NCBI GenBank assembly: GCA_041389085.1
Contig: JAWKSL010000003.1
Coordinates: 1-59,473 of the forward strand
Source of the DNA: Minisyncoccota bacterium
GTDB lineage: Bacteria; Patescibacteriota; Minisyncoccia; UBA6257; 1-14-0-10-44-23
DNA length: 59,473 nucleotides
Direction of reading: 5' to 3'
How positions within the stretch are numbered: position 1 is the stretch's first letter; each line of letters starts with the position of its first letter. The notes below the pieces were generated by a model that searched no databases, was not told the DNA's origin, and saw only the letters and a list, made by a program, of their open reading frames with translations. Of the stretch, positions 8,228-16,747 are shown in pieces. Both the position numbers and the translations under genes were made by a program.

Positions 8228-9232
8228 TTATAGCGTGGCTGATTCGATGAGGCGGCTTATTAGGTCTGTGTACGAAATTCCTTCGTGCTGAAGAAGCTTC
8301 GGATACATGCTGATATTGGTAAACCCAGGAATTGTGTTTACCTCATTTACATATATTTTTTCTCCAACTAAGAAGAGGTCGATGCGCGCCATGACGCGAC
8401 TTTCAAGAGCATAAAATGTTTTGAGTGCAACTTCTTTCGCGACTTTTGTTTGCTTCGCTGTTAGTTTTGCTGGTATTTGTGTAGTCGTTTTACTTTTTGC
8501 TGAATATTTTTCTTTATACGAATAGAATTTTCCTGGAGTTATAACTTCGCCTGGCACTGAGACTACTGGTTTAGCTTTGTCTGCGAGTATTGCCACTTCA
8601 AGCTCTCTTCCTTTCATTTCCTTTTCAATAAGTACCTTTGTGTCGTATTTAAATGCCTCTTGCAGTGCCTTACTGTAGGCTTTTTGATTTTCTACACGAC
8701 TTACGCCGACTGAACTACCCATATTTGCTGGCTTTACGTACAGCGTTTTACCGAGCTTTTTCGCTGCCTCTTTATAGGCTACTGGTGAGTTTTTTCTACT
8801 AACTAAGTACGGCGCTACTGGAATATTTGAATCTTCTAGTAGTCTTTTCATAACTTCTTTGTCCATCCCAACTGCGCTGGCAAGCACTTTGGCTCCTACG
8901 TATGGAATCTGCACCATATCAAGCATTCCCTGAAGCTTTCCGTCTTCTCCGTTTGGGCCGTGGAGAACTGGCAGGGCCACGTCTATCTTTAAATACTGCT
9001 TCCCAGTCTTTTCAAAAATAAGCCTTCCGCCTGAGGTGAAAGCTAGCTTTTCTTTTGTTGGCTTTAGAGTCTTTTGATCTGTCTTTAGAAAATCTCCTTG
9101 CTTTGAAATATACACTGCTGTCGGTGCATATTTTTTTGTATCGAGCGCAGCGATGATGTTTTGTGTAGAAAGGATTGAAATTTCGTGCTCAGCTGACTGG
9201 CCACCATACAGTATTAAGACTTTTTTCTTCAT
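8228..9232 (-). CDS. ddl: D-alanine--D-alanine ligase
   Basis: ATP-grasp protein with LILYGGQSAEHEIS, LPVLHGPNGEDG and EVNTIPGFT motifs. Confidence 0.9.
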   Translation of the reverse strand: MKKKVLILYGGQSAEHEISILSTQNIIAALDTKKYAPTAVYISKQGDFLKTDQKTLKPTKEKLAFTSGGRLIFEKTGKQYLKIDVALPVLHGPNGEDGKLQGMLDMVQIPYVGAKVLASAVGMDKEVMKRLLEDSNIPVAPYLVSRKNSPVAYKEAAKKLGKTLYVKPANMGSSVGVSRVENQKAYSKALQEAFKYDTKVLIEKEMKGRELEVAILADKAKPVVSVPGEVITPGKFYSYKEKYSAKSKTTTQIPAKLTAKQTKVAKEVALKTFYALESRVMARIDLFLVGEKIYVNEVNTIPGFTNISMYPKLLQHEGISYTDLISRLIESATL

Positions 9233-10146
9233 GGACGGCGCGTATCTCTTTTGTTTATAAACTCGGTTCGAATTTTGAGATTTGATTGGTCGCCAGCTTT
9301 ATCGAGCACAATTGGTTCGTTAAACAAATCAATTTTTACTGCCTTTCCATCTACTTTTAGAGTGTGTCCTGCTCCTTTTGTTAAAATAATTCGTCGCCTT
9401 TCGGAAGGGCTTGCGAATCGCTTTAAAAGTGAGTTTGCTTTTTCTAGTTTTTCGGTGAGTGGGTCAAGCGTTATAATTTTTCCTTCAATAAGAGCTTCTA
9501 CCCATACGTGTTGATTTTCGAGAACTTCTTGGTCTGGTCTTAGGATAAAGCCGGTTACTGGATAACAAGCAATGTTTTTTTGCTTAAGAATTTCTATTAA
9601 AACATTTGCGAATCCGCTTGCGTTTGTTTTTTCATTTTCAAGGGCAGCTTTTGCCGAACAGTAGTCTCTTAGCTCTTTATCGAACTGTAGGAAATCTTTT
9701 ACGTGCGCATTTGCGGCTTTAAGAAATTCTTGCTCGGTAGGATTTGTTTTCTCAAGATCTGCTGCGATCTTTTGAATTTTTTCATTCTTTACTGCTTTTT
9801 CTATTTCGGGAGTTGCTTGTTCCTCCTGTGGACGCTGAACTGCTGCGGTAAAATACTGATTAAGCGTTATTGAGTGGTGAGACTTAAGGTCTATGCGGTA
9901 ATGAGCGTAGCCCGCGCCTTTTAGCTGCGGATACACTTTTGCCGGCTCTGGTCGAAATTGCGCCGGAGCGATGAGTTTTTGGCCACTAAAATCTGAAGCT
10001 ACCGGGATGTAGATCTCTAGCTTTTTATCAGTTTCTGATACGTTTTTTATCTGTACCGAATAGTTGCAGAGGTAGGTCTGAGCCTTTGGGGTTGCAGATT
10101 TTCGAGGAATTTTTGACCCCACTGCTTGAATAGCTTTTTTCAGCAT
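9229..10146 (-). CDS. Transglutaminase-like superfamily protein
   Basis: Cys-His-Asp core pattern: NIACYPVTGF ... NQHVWVEALIEGKIITLDP. Confidence 0.6.
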   Translation of the reverse strand: MLKKAIQAVGSKIPRKSATPKAQTYLCNYSVQIKNVSETDKKLEIYIPVASDFSGQKLIAPAQFRPEPAKVYPQLKGAGYAHYRIDLKSHHSITLNQYFTAAVQRPQEEQATPEIEKAVKNEKIQKIAADLEKTNPTEQEFLKAANAHVKDFLQFDKELRDYCSAKAALENEKTNASGFANVLIEILKQKNIACYPVTGFILRPDQEVLENQHVWVEALIEGKIITLDPLTEKLEKANSLLKRFASPSERRRIILTKGAGHTLKVDGKAVKIDLFNEPIVLDKAGDQSNLKIRTEFINKRDTRRP

Positions 10147-10179
10147 GATGGGCTGATTATATCATTTGCGGCTTTTTCT

Positions 10180-10218
10180 AAAAAGAGAGCCCGCTTGTGT
10201 CCCCTGACACGAGCGGGC
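10180..10218 (-). terminator. Intrinsic terminator of cassette 1
   Basis: Minus strand GCCCGCTCGTGTC-AGGG-GACACAAGCGGGC followed by TCTCTTTTT. Confidence 0.7.
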
Positions 10219-10235
10219 GAAGTTGTTGTGGCGGC

Positions 10236-10505
10236 CTAGAGGTCGCTTGTCAGGCCCAGGAGCTCTTCGGCGCTTCGCTTCTCCTTGGCTGTGAGGTACA
10301 CCTCACAATCTTCCAAGAAGCGCTTCTTGCGCATCGGAGCGCAAAGGGCTGCTTGCAAAGCCCCCTTCTGCTGAGGGGTGATCTCTCCCGCAGCTACTGC
10401 TGTCAGAAGGTCGTGGCGCAGGTTGCGCTGGCCGTCGTCCAGAAGCTGAATCATTCCTTTCGGTGTGCTGGGAAACGGGACTTTGACGTCCTTTTGTGCG
10501 GGCAT
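10236..10505 (-). CDS. Small GC-rich ORF, 89 aa (cassette 1)
   Basis: ATG at 10505 with GGAGG 5 nt upstream. MPAQKDVKVPFPSTPKGMIQLLDDGQRNL... The ORF fills the space between the leader and the terminator. Confidence 0.55.
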   Translation of the reverse strand: MPAQKDVKVPFPSTPKGMIQLLDDGQRNLRHDLLTAVAAGEITPQQKGALQAALCAPMRKKRFLEDCEVYLTAKEKRSAEELLGLTSDL

Positions 10506-10581
10506 GAGAACCTCCACTGAAGCGAACTCCCCACGAGTTGCTCAGACTGTTAGATTAACAAGGTTTTTACTTTTTTGTAAA
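10506..10581 (-). promoter_or_regulatory. Promoter plus conserved leader hairpin, cassette 1
   Basis: TTTACA-N18-TAATCT, then CTGAGCAACTCGTGGGGAGTT (AACTC/GAGTT stem). The motif is shared with cassettes 2 and 3. Confidence 0.55.
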
Positions 10582-10614
10582 GAGAAACCCGCCTCGTCTT
10601 TTGACTTTGGCGGG
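10579..10614 (-). terminator. Intrinsic terminator of cassette 2
   Basis: CCCGCC-loop-GGCGGG followed by TTTCTCTTT, which runs into the next TTTACA -35 box. Confidence 0.7.
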
Positions 10615-10622
10615 TCGCTGGA

Positions 10623-10889
10623 TCATCGTCGGATGAAGCGTTTTGCAACTCTCTCTCCAACAATGTCTGTGAACGTTTTCATGTGCCTCTTCCAGTCGAG
10701 CACAAGGCGCAGGTTCGTAGCTTCGTCCCACGCGAGCCTTCCGGCTACCGCATCGGCACACAGGGCTTCTCTACCCTCGCAGTACCCGTTCATGATGCGT
10801 AGCACATTGGAAAGCGTCAGCCTTTCGGGCGCTTCCGGCTTTTTCTTCTTCCCTTTCCATTTTTTCGGCATGGGCTTTCCTACTGGCAA
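10623..10889 (-). CDS. Small GC-rich ORF, 88 aa (cassette 2)
   Basis: ATG with an AGGAAAG RBS. MPVGKPMPKKWKGKKKKPEAPERLTLSNVLRIMNGY... Confidence 0.55.
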   Translation of the reverse strand: MPVGKPMPKKWKGKKKKPEAPERLTLSNVLRIMNGYCEGREALCADAVAGRLAWDEATNLRLVLDWKRHMKTFTDIVGERVAKRFIRR

Positions 10890-10945
10890 CTCCCCGTGAG
10901 TTAGCTCAGATATTTAGACTAGCAAGAATTTAATTTTCCTGTAAA
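10890..10945 (-). promoter_or_regulatory. Promoter plus conserved leader hairpin, cassette 2
   Basis: TTTACA-N18-TAGTCT, then CTGAGCTAACTCACGGGGAGTT. Confidence 0.55.
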
Positions 10946-10979
10946 GAGAAACCCGCCTGTACCCCAAGATACAGGCGGG
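10943..10979 (-). terminator. Intrinsic terminator of cassette 3
   Basis: CCCGCCTGT-loop-ACAGGCGGG followed by TTTCTCTTT. Confidence 0.7.
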
Positions 10980-11003
10980 TTGAGTTGTGAGTGACCAGCA
11001 GTG

Positions 11004-11237
11004 CTAGTCGAGGTCGAAGCTGCGGTGCGGAACGCCCTGGACGTGCGTGCTGCTCGGCAGGTCGCGCCTGGGCCCCCTCAGGCCGTTGATCACGCGCGGC
11101 TGCGGCGTCTGGACGTGGGCGTGCGTGCGCGGAGCGCTCGGATCCCTTCCTTCGCGTTGCGCCGCCTCGTTGCGCCGGCGCTGCTTCTCGATGAGCTCCC
11201 AGGGTGTCGTGCGAACGTTGTTTGCGGGCTGGGGCAT
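11004..11237 (-). CDS. Small GC-rich ORF, 77 aa (cassette 3)
   Basis: ATG with an AGGAGG RBS. MPQPANNVRTTPWELIEKQRRRNEAAQREGRD... The segment is about 70% G+C by hand count. Confidence 0.5.
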   Translation of the reverse strand: MPQPANNVRTTPWELIEKQRRRNEAAQREGRDPSAPRTHAHVQTPQPRVINGLRGPRRDLPSSTHVQGVPHRSFDLD

Positions 11238-11311
11238 GTTGCCTCCTTCTGTGCTAACTCCCCACGAGTTGGCTCAGGAATTTAAAGTACCACTTTTTTT
11301 AGATTTGTAAA
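11238..11311 (-). promoter_or_regulatory. Promoter plus conserved leader hairpin, cassette 3
   Basis: TTTACA-N18-CTTTAA, then CTGAGCCAACTCGTGGGGAGTT. Overlaps the serS terminator hairpin CCACTTTT..AAAAGTGG. Confidence 0.5.
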
Positions 11312-11317
11312 AGTGGA

Positions 11318-12574
11318 TTATTTGATTTCTTTTTTGCCGAGGTATTTACGGAGGGGCTTTGGCACCATGATTGTGCCTTTTGCGGTTTGAAAATTCTCTA
11401 CGAGAGAGACGAGAATGCGCGGAGTTGGGATGGCTGTGCAGTTAAGTGAGTGTGCAAACTCAAGCTTGCCGGCATCGTTTTTGTACTTAATGTTGAAGCG
11501 GCGTGTTTGAAAATCGTTGAAGTAGCTTGCTGAGCTTATTTCTCTGTATTTATTTTCCTGCGGCACCCAGAGTTCGATGTCGTATTTTTTTCTTTGACCA
11601 AGCCCTAAGTCTCCTGCGCAGTTGAGTACGGTGTGGTAAGGAATACCGAGGCTTTCAATGAATTCTTCAGTATTTCTGTTGAGCCAATCGTGCAGACGCT
11701 GACTTTCAGCTTCATCTGCCTTTGAAATCACTACTTGCTCGAGTTTGTAAAATTCGTGTACGCGAATAAGTCCTTTTGTATCTTTGCCGTGGCTTCCTGC
11801 TTCGCGGCGATAGCATGGGCTAAAGGCGAGCACTTTTTGTTCAGTCTTAAGATCGAGCACCTGGTCTGCAAAGTAGCCCATTGTCGCTACCTCTGCTGTA
11901 CCTGAGAGGAAATCGTCGTCTTGCGTTTTATAAATGTCTTCAACATCGTTTGGAAGGTGGCCGGTGCCGTAGAGATTTTGCTCTTTTACGATAGCTGGCA
12001 CAAGCATTGGGTTAAATCCTTTTTTCAGGAAGAAGTCTTGAGCGTAGTTCCAAATAGCCCAAGAAAGGAGAGCTCCATCGTTTTTAAGAAAATACCCACG
12101 AAAACCGTGTACTGCTGCCCCGCGCTCAAAATCAACCATATTCAGGCTTGTCATAAGCTCGACATGGTCTTTTGGCTCAAACTTAAACTCTGGCTTTTTC
12201 CCCCAAGCTTTAACTTCTTTGTTATCTGCGTCGCTTTTTCCTTCTGGAACTGACTCGTGTGGTACTTGCGGCACTTGCCACATAAGCTTTTGCCACTGTT
12301 CTTTTACAGGCTGCAAATCTGCTTCAAGCTTTTTAACCTCTTCTTTGAGAGTTGTTGATGCTTTAATAAGCTCCTCGCGCTTTTGGGCTGGCGCACTAGC
12401 TATTTTTTTCGCTGCTTTGTTCTGCTCTTCGCGCTTTTGGTCGAGGGCGTGCTGAATTTTTTTTCGCTGATCGTCTAAATCGAGCAATGCTTGAATGTCG
12501 ACTACTACACCTTTCTTTTTTGCACCTTCTATAACTGCGTCTTTATTTTCGCGAATGAAATTTATATCGAGCAT
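11318..12574 (-). CDS. serS: Serine--tRNA ligase
   Basis: 418 aa with an N-terminal coiled-coil arm and class II motifs (CYRREAGS, GLGQRKKYDIELW, SSASYFNDFQTRR). Confidence 0.92.
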   Translation of the reverse strand: MLDINFIRENKDAVIEGAKKKGVVVDIQALLDLDDQRKKIQHALDQKREEQNKAAKKIASAPAQKREELIKASTTLKEEVKKLEADLQPVKEQWQKLMWQVPQVPHESVPEGKSDADNKEVKAWGKKPEFKFEPKDHVELMTSLNMVDFERGAAVHGFRGYFLKNDGALLSWAIWNYAQDFFLKKGFNPMLVPAIVKEQNLYGTGHLPNDVEDIYKTQDDDFLSGTAEVATMGYFADQVLDLKTEQKVLAFSPCYRREAGSHGKDTKGLIRVHEFYKLEQVVISKADEAESQRLHDWLNRNTEEFIESLGIPYHTVLNCAGDLGLGQRKKYDIELWVPQENKYREISSASYFNDFQTRRFNIKYKNDAGKLEFAHSLNCTAIPTPRILVSLVENFQTAKGTIMVPKPLRKYLGKKEIK

Positions 12575-12575
12575 A

Positions 12576-14024
12576 TTATTTCTTTGGTCTTAGTGTTGGG
12601 AAGAAAACAGTTTCTCTTACTGGCTTATCCATTAGTACGGCGAATAGGCGCTCAGAAAGTCCAAAGCCTGCTGCTGGTGGCATACCGTGCTCAAGAGCTA
12701 CTACAAAATCTTCGTCCATCATTTGGGCTTCTTCGTCTCCCGCGTCGCGTAGGGCTTGCTGCTGCTCAAAGCGTTCGCGCTGATCAATCGGGTCGTTTAG
12801 CTCTGAGAAGCCGTTCCCAAGCTCGCAGCCTGCCGCAATTGGTTGGAAGCGTTGAGTTTTCCATGGTTGCTCAGGTATTCGCTTTGCGAGCGGTGAGATT
12901 TCTACTGGGTGGTTTATAAGGAAGGTTGGCTGAATAATGTTCTTACGAATTGTCTTTTTGTAGATGATGTCGATAAGGCGGCCTTTTCCATCTGTTTTGT
13001 CAAAATCAAGGCCAAGTTCCTTTGCTTTTGCCTGAAGATCTTTCAGTGTTGCTGTTTTAATATCGAGTTTTGTTTTCTTCTTAAACTCGTCACAGTAATC
13101 GAGCACTGCCCATTTCTTACCCCAATTTACTTTGTTCCCTTGATAGGCAGTGGTAAGGGTGCCAACAGTGTCTTTTACCGCTTTCTTATACATTTTTTCT
13201 ATAAGCTTCATGAGGTCTTTATAGTCGGCGTAGGCTAAGTAGCACTCCATCGCGGTGTAGTCTTGAAGGTGCTCGGCGTCGATACCTTCATTTCGAAATA
13301 CGCGGCCTATCTCAAAAACTTTTTCGTAGCCACCAACAAGCAGTCTTTTGAGCGGAAGCTCAAGACTGATGCGCATATACATGTCTATGTCGAGTGCATC
13401 GTGATGTGTTTTAAACGGATTTGCTTCTGCTCCTCCTGTTGTGTGCTCAAGCACTGGTGTTTCTACTTCAAGAAAACCTTCTTCTATAAGAAAGTTTCTA
13501 ATGCTTGCCCAGAAGCGAGATTTTGCACGAAATTGCTCTCTAAGCTCTGGTTTGCTGAGTAGCTCAAGATAACGCTGGCGAAGGCGTGTTTCGTCGTCTT
13601 TGATCGCAAAACGCTCTGCCGGCATCGGGCGCAAGCTTTTTGTGAGTAGGGTTATTTTTATCGCGTCTACACTCTTTTCTTTTGTTTTTGAGAGCGCTGC
13701 CTTACCGCGCACTTGAATAAAGTCTCCTATATCGAGATGCTGTGTGTCGCGAGTAAAGTGGTGGGTGTTGTTTGCTCGAGCGATTATCTGTATAGAGCCT
13801 GATTCGTCCTTAAGGTCGAAAAAGCGTATTTTCCCTTGGCCTCGGATAGCATAAATTCTGCCTGCGACAGAGACTGATTTTTCTTTTTGAGCTTTTGAAA
13901 AGCGATCAATGAGGGCTGCGATGTTTTCTCGGGCTGCTTTTGCGGGATATGGGTCGATTGACTCTTCTCTGAGTGCTTCGAGTTTTTTGATTCGTTCTTT
14001 GCGAATTTCTTCTAGAGCTGACAT
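12576..14024 (-). CDS. lysS: Lysine--tRNA ligase (class II)
   Basis: 482 aa with an OB-fold N-terminal domain, FLEVETPVL, FRNEGID and GFGLSERL motifs. Confidence 0.92.
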   Translation of the reverse strand: MSALEEIRKERIKKLEALREESIDPYPAKAARENIAALIDRFSKAQKEKSVSVAGRIYAIRGQGKIRFFDLKDESGSIQIIARANNTHHFTRDTQHLDIGDFIQVRGKAALSKTKEKSVDAIKITLLTKSLRPMPAERFAIKDDETRLRQRYLELLSKPELREQFRAKSRFWASIRNFLIEEGFLEVETPVLEHTTGGAEANPFKTHHDALDIDMYMRISLELPLKRLLVGGYEKVFEIGRVFRNEGIDAEHLQDYTAMECYLAYADYKDLMKLIEKMYKKAVKDTVGTLTTAYQGNKVNWGKKWAVLDYCDEFKKKTKLDIKTATLKDLQAKAKELGLDFDKTDGKGRLIDIIYKKTIRKNIIQPTFLINHPVEISPLAKRIPEQPWKTQRFQPIAAGCELGNGFSELNDPIDQRERFEQQQALRDAGDEEAQMMDEDFVVALEHGMPPAAGFGLSERLFAVLMDKPVRETVFFPTLRPKK

Positions 14025-14067
14025 ACAGAGAGTATAATGTTAAACGCTAAAAGATAAAAGTGGAATG

Positions 14068-14092
14068 AAAGAGCCCGCAATGCGGGCTCTTT
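14068..14092. terminator. Intrinsic terminator after greA
   Basis: GAGCCCGC-AATG-GCGGGCTC flanked by A and T runs. Confidence 0.7.
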
Positions 14093-14093
14093 T

Positions 14094-14549
14094 TTAGTTG
14101 ATTTTCTCTATTTTGTAGGTTGTTTTCCCGGCTGGGGTTTGTACTACTACGCTATCCCCTGCTTTTTTGCCGATAAAGCTACTTCCAAGCGGACTTTCAT
14201 TTGAAATGTATCCTTTTGATGGATCGGTTTCGCTTGCGCCTACTATCGTGAAGTTCATTTTCTTTCCTTTTGAGCTCACTTCAATTGTGGCGCCAACATC
14301 TACCGTGCTTTTTCCTTTGGTCATTTTGATAATCTTTGCATTGCTGACCATCTGCTCGAGCTGGAAGATGCGCTTTTCGAGTTGCTCTTGTGCTTCTCTC
14401 GCTTCGAAATATTCTGAATTTTCGCTGAGATCTCCAAGCTCTTTTGCGCGCTTCAAGCGCTTTGCAATGTCTTTTCGGTTTTCACTCTTGAGTGTTTGTA
14501 GCTCTTGTTTGAGCTGCTCAAGCTTTTCTTTCGTAACTAAATGTTCCAT
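14094..14549 (-). CDS. greA: Transcription elongation factor GreA
   Basis: Coiled-coil N-terminus with AKELGDLSENSEYFEAREAQ and a C-terminal GreA/B domain. The alternative upstream ATG at 14585 cannot be excluded. Confidence 0.85.
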   Translation of the reverse strand: MEHLVTKEKLEQLKQELQTLKSENRKDIAKRLKRAKELGDLSENSEYFEAREAQEQLEKRIFQLEQMVSNAKIIKMTKGKSTVDVGATIEVSSKGKKMNFTIVGASETDPSKGYISNESPLGSSFIGKKAGDSVVVQTPAGKTTYKIEKIN

Positions 14550-14606
14550 GTTTTTGGAATAAAAATTCTTGCCGAATGGTAGCATGCCATGGAAATCGCG
14601 TCTAGT

Positions 14607-15137
14607 TTACCCTGTGCAATTAACCTGAAACTCCTCTTTTTGGGCTAAGTTTTTGACTAATTCTTCCTTTGTAATGTCGCTTGGAAGCGTGGCGAGAGCT
14701 TCACGTGTAGCGAGAATAAGTTGGTGTTCAGGAACCTTATTGTTTATGCCCAGAAAGCTTGTCTTTTCTTTATTATGTTCACAGTTGCTTACGTAGGCAG
14801 TTTTCTTATCGAGGGATTCGAGGATTTTTTCTAATTCAACAACTTCTATAAAACCAGTTTGCGATGCGCAGAGTATCCATTCATTTTTTGCGATTGAAAC
14901 TGCTTGGCTGAGTGGTGAGGCATTTGCCTCCTCTTTTACTTTATAAATTTGTAGCTCAGGAGCTGATTTTATAAGGCGCTGGTTGAGCTCTTGGAGTGCT
15001 ATGCTTTGGTCGCTTGTTTCTAGGAGGATGATTTCGTGGCCGATCTTTTTACTTTCTAAAAATGTGTGAATATCAAAAACGGTCAGCGCAAGATTTCCAA
15101 CGGGATCTTTGGCTTGAATAATAACTGAAAGCGTCAT
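14607..15137 (-). CDS. Hypothetical protein (weak GT2-like N-terminus)
   Basis: 176-aa ORF in operon spacing. The N-terminus MTLSVIIQAKD resembles glycosyltransferase family 2 starts only weakly. Confidence 0.55.
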   Translation of the reverse strand: MTLSVIIQAKDPVGNLALTVFDIHTFLESKKIGHEIILLETSDQSIALQELNQRLIKSAPELQIYKVKEEANASPLSQAVSIAKNEWILCASQTGFIEVVELEKILESLDKKTAYVSNCEHNKEKTSFLGINNKVPEHQLILATREALATLPSDITKEELVKNLAQKEEFQVNCTG

Positions 15138-15144
15138 TGTTCTA

Positions 15145-15909
15145 TTATAACCCTGTTAGCACCTCAACGCCGTCTTTTTTTACGAGCACCGTGTGTTCGA
15201 AGTGTGCAGAAAGGCTCCCATCTTTTGTGGCGTAGCTTTCGTCTGAGGGTTTTTGAATAATTTGTTCACTACCCGTACTAAACATTGGCTCAATTGCAAG
15301 ACACATGCCCTCTTTTAAAGTTATTCCTTCGCCCTCAACGCCGGTATTAAATACGGTTGGCTCCTCGTGTAAATCTTTGCCAACTCCGTGCCCGGTGAGC
15401 CCCTCTACAACGCTGAGGTTGTAGTTATGGGCCACTTTTTCTATTGCCGCCCCTACGTCGCCTAGCGTTGCTCCTTCGCGCACAACTTTAAGTGCTTCGT
15501 CGAGCGCCTCTTTTGTAGCTTGTACGAGCTGGTGCGCCTCTTTAGACCCATTCCCGATTATAAATGTTCTCGCTGCGTCTACGTTGTAACCTTCGATTTT
15601 TACGCCCATGTCTATAGTAAGAAGATCTCCATCTTTCAGAGCATAGTCGTTTGGTATGCCGTGTACGATTGAGTCGTTTACGCTTGCGCAAATGGTTGCT
15701 GGGTAGGCATGGTGTGCCCAGGCGGGCTTGTAGTTAAGAAAGCCTGGTGTACCACCAAGAGACTCGATTAGCTCCTGTGCTTTTGTATCGATTTGTTTGG
15801 TAGTAGTGCCTGGTTTGCACATCGGCTCGAGCTGCTGCATAACTTCAGCCCAAATTTTGCCAGCACGGCGCATCTTTTCCTGCTCTTCAGGGCTTTTAAT
15901 GAGTGTCAT
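15145..15909 (-). CDS. map: Type I methionine aminopeptidase
   Basis: 254 aa. Metal ligands occur in DLLTIDMG, GLTGHGVG, AIEPM and FEHTVLV contexts. Confidence 0.92.
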   Translation of the reverse strand: MTLIKSPEEQEKMRRAGKIWAEVMQQLEPMCKPGTTTKQIDTKAQELIESLGGTPGFLNYKPAWAHHAYPATICASVNDSIVHGIPNDYALKDGDLLTIDMGVKIEGYNVDAARTFIIGNGSKEAHQLVQATKEALDEALKVVREGATLGDVGAAIEKVAHNYNLSVVEGLTGHGVGKDLHEEPTVFNTGVEGEGITLKEGMCLAIEPMFSTGSEQIIQKPSDESYATKDGSLSAHFEHTVLVKKDGVEVLTGL

Positions 15910-16579
15910 TTTTTATTTCTAAAAGTTTAACAATTTGTTTGTGAACTTCCTCTGGGCTTTGTTTTCCATCAACTTCAAACACTTCGTGTCCGCGATCTTT
16001 TACTGCTTGAATTGCAGGAATTGTTTCTGTTTGATAGCGTGCGTAGCGCAACTTTATAACTTCAGGTTTGTCTAAGTCGCGCTGCGTTACCTCACCGTCG
16101 CATTCACTTGGATCGAGAATGACTTTTCTGGTTGCTTTGCAAATAAGACGCTTTGAGTTTCTCTCTACTGACGTTGCCGCGTCTACAAACACGTGCACGA
16201 AAAGGAGATTTTCAAAACCAAATAAGCGCTCAAGAATTGGAACAAGCCCTTCGCCTTTTTCGTCTCCATTTACCTCGCCAACCGTGCGCCCTGAGCCTGA
16301 AAGCACTACATTTCTTTTCTCTTTATACAGTTGCTCAATTTTCGCGCGCGTTTGTTTAAGAACCCAATTACTATCAAGGAGCTCACCAGCAGAAAACTTT
16401 TTTGCCTGTATTTGATACTCTGGGTCGTTTTTATTTTCTTCTGCGTTTAAAATCTGCTCTAGATAGCGCCCAATGTCGAAGTGGTAGAAGCCTGCGTGTT
16501 CTTCAAGAAGGTTTGCTTGTGTGCCCTTCCCTGATCCTGGAGGTCCGTACAGAAATATCGCTTTTGGTGTTTGGTTCAT
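15896..16579 (-). CDS. adk: Adenylate kinase family protein
   Basis: P-loop LYGPPGSGKGTQANLL. 227 aa with an inserted LID-like region. Confidence 0.8.
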   Translation of the reverse strand: MNQTPKAIFLYGPPGSGKGTQANLLEEHAGFYHFDIGRYLEQILNAEENKNDPEYQIQAKKFSAGELLDSNWVLKQTRAKIEQLYKEKRNVVLSGSGRTVGEVNGDEKGEGLVPILERLFGFENLLFVHVFVDAATSVERNSKRLICKATRKVILDPSECDGEVTQRDLDKPEVIKLRYARYQTETIPAIQAVKDRGHEVFEVDGKQSPEEVHKQIVKLLEIKNDTH

Positions 16580-16602
16580 ATTTTGAGTGTATCAGAAAAT
16601 GA

Positions 16603-16727
16603 AGTGGGGCCACTCGACCGTGAAGTCGAGTAGCCCCATTGAATGGGTGCCTCGGGAGCGTCCCCCCTGGAACCTAGCTGACGTTACGCACGTCCGCCCG
16701 GACTACTCCCAAGGCTTTTTCAATTTA
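16603..16727. other. GC-rich hairpin-rich intergenic element (candidate sRNA or terminator-attenuator)
   Basis: GGGGCCACTCGAC-CGTGAA-GTCGAGTAGCCCC hairpin and a GCCTCGGGAG...CTCCCAAGGC helix followed by TTTTT on the plus strand. Lies between pheS and adk. Confidence 0.3.
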
Positions 16728-16747
16728 CTTCATTCTATGTGGCTTGT

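Noticed and set aside
10197-11310. Plus-strand ORFs in the track (10197..10520, 10465..10899, 11001..11285, 11047..11310) covering the three-cassette island.
   Set aside because: Long mirror ORFs are expected in GC-rich DNA. They lack an RBS and promoters, and they span the terminators and leader motifs that organise the minus-strand units.
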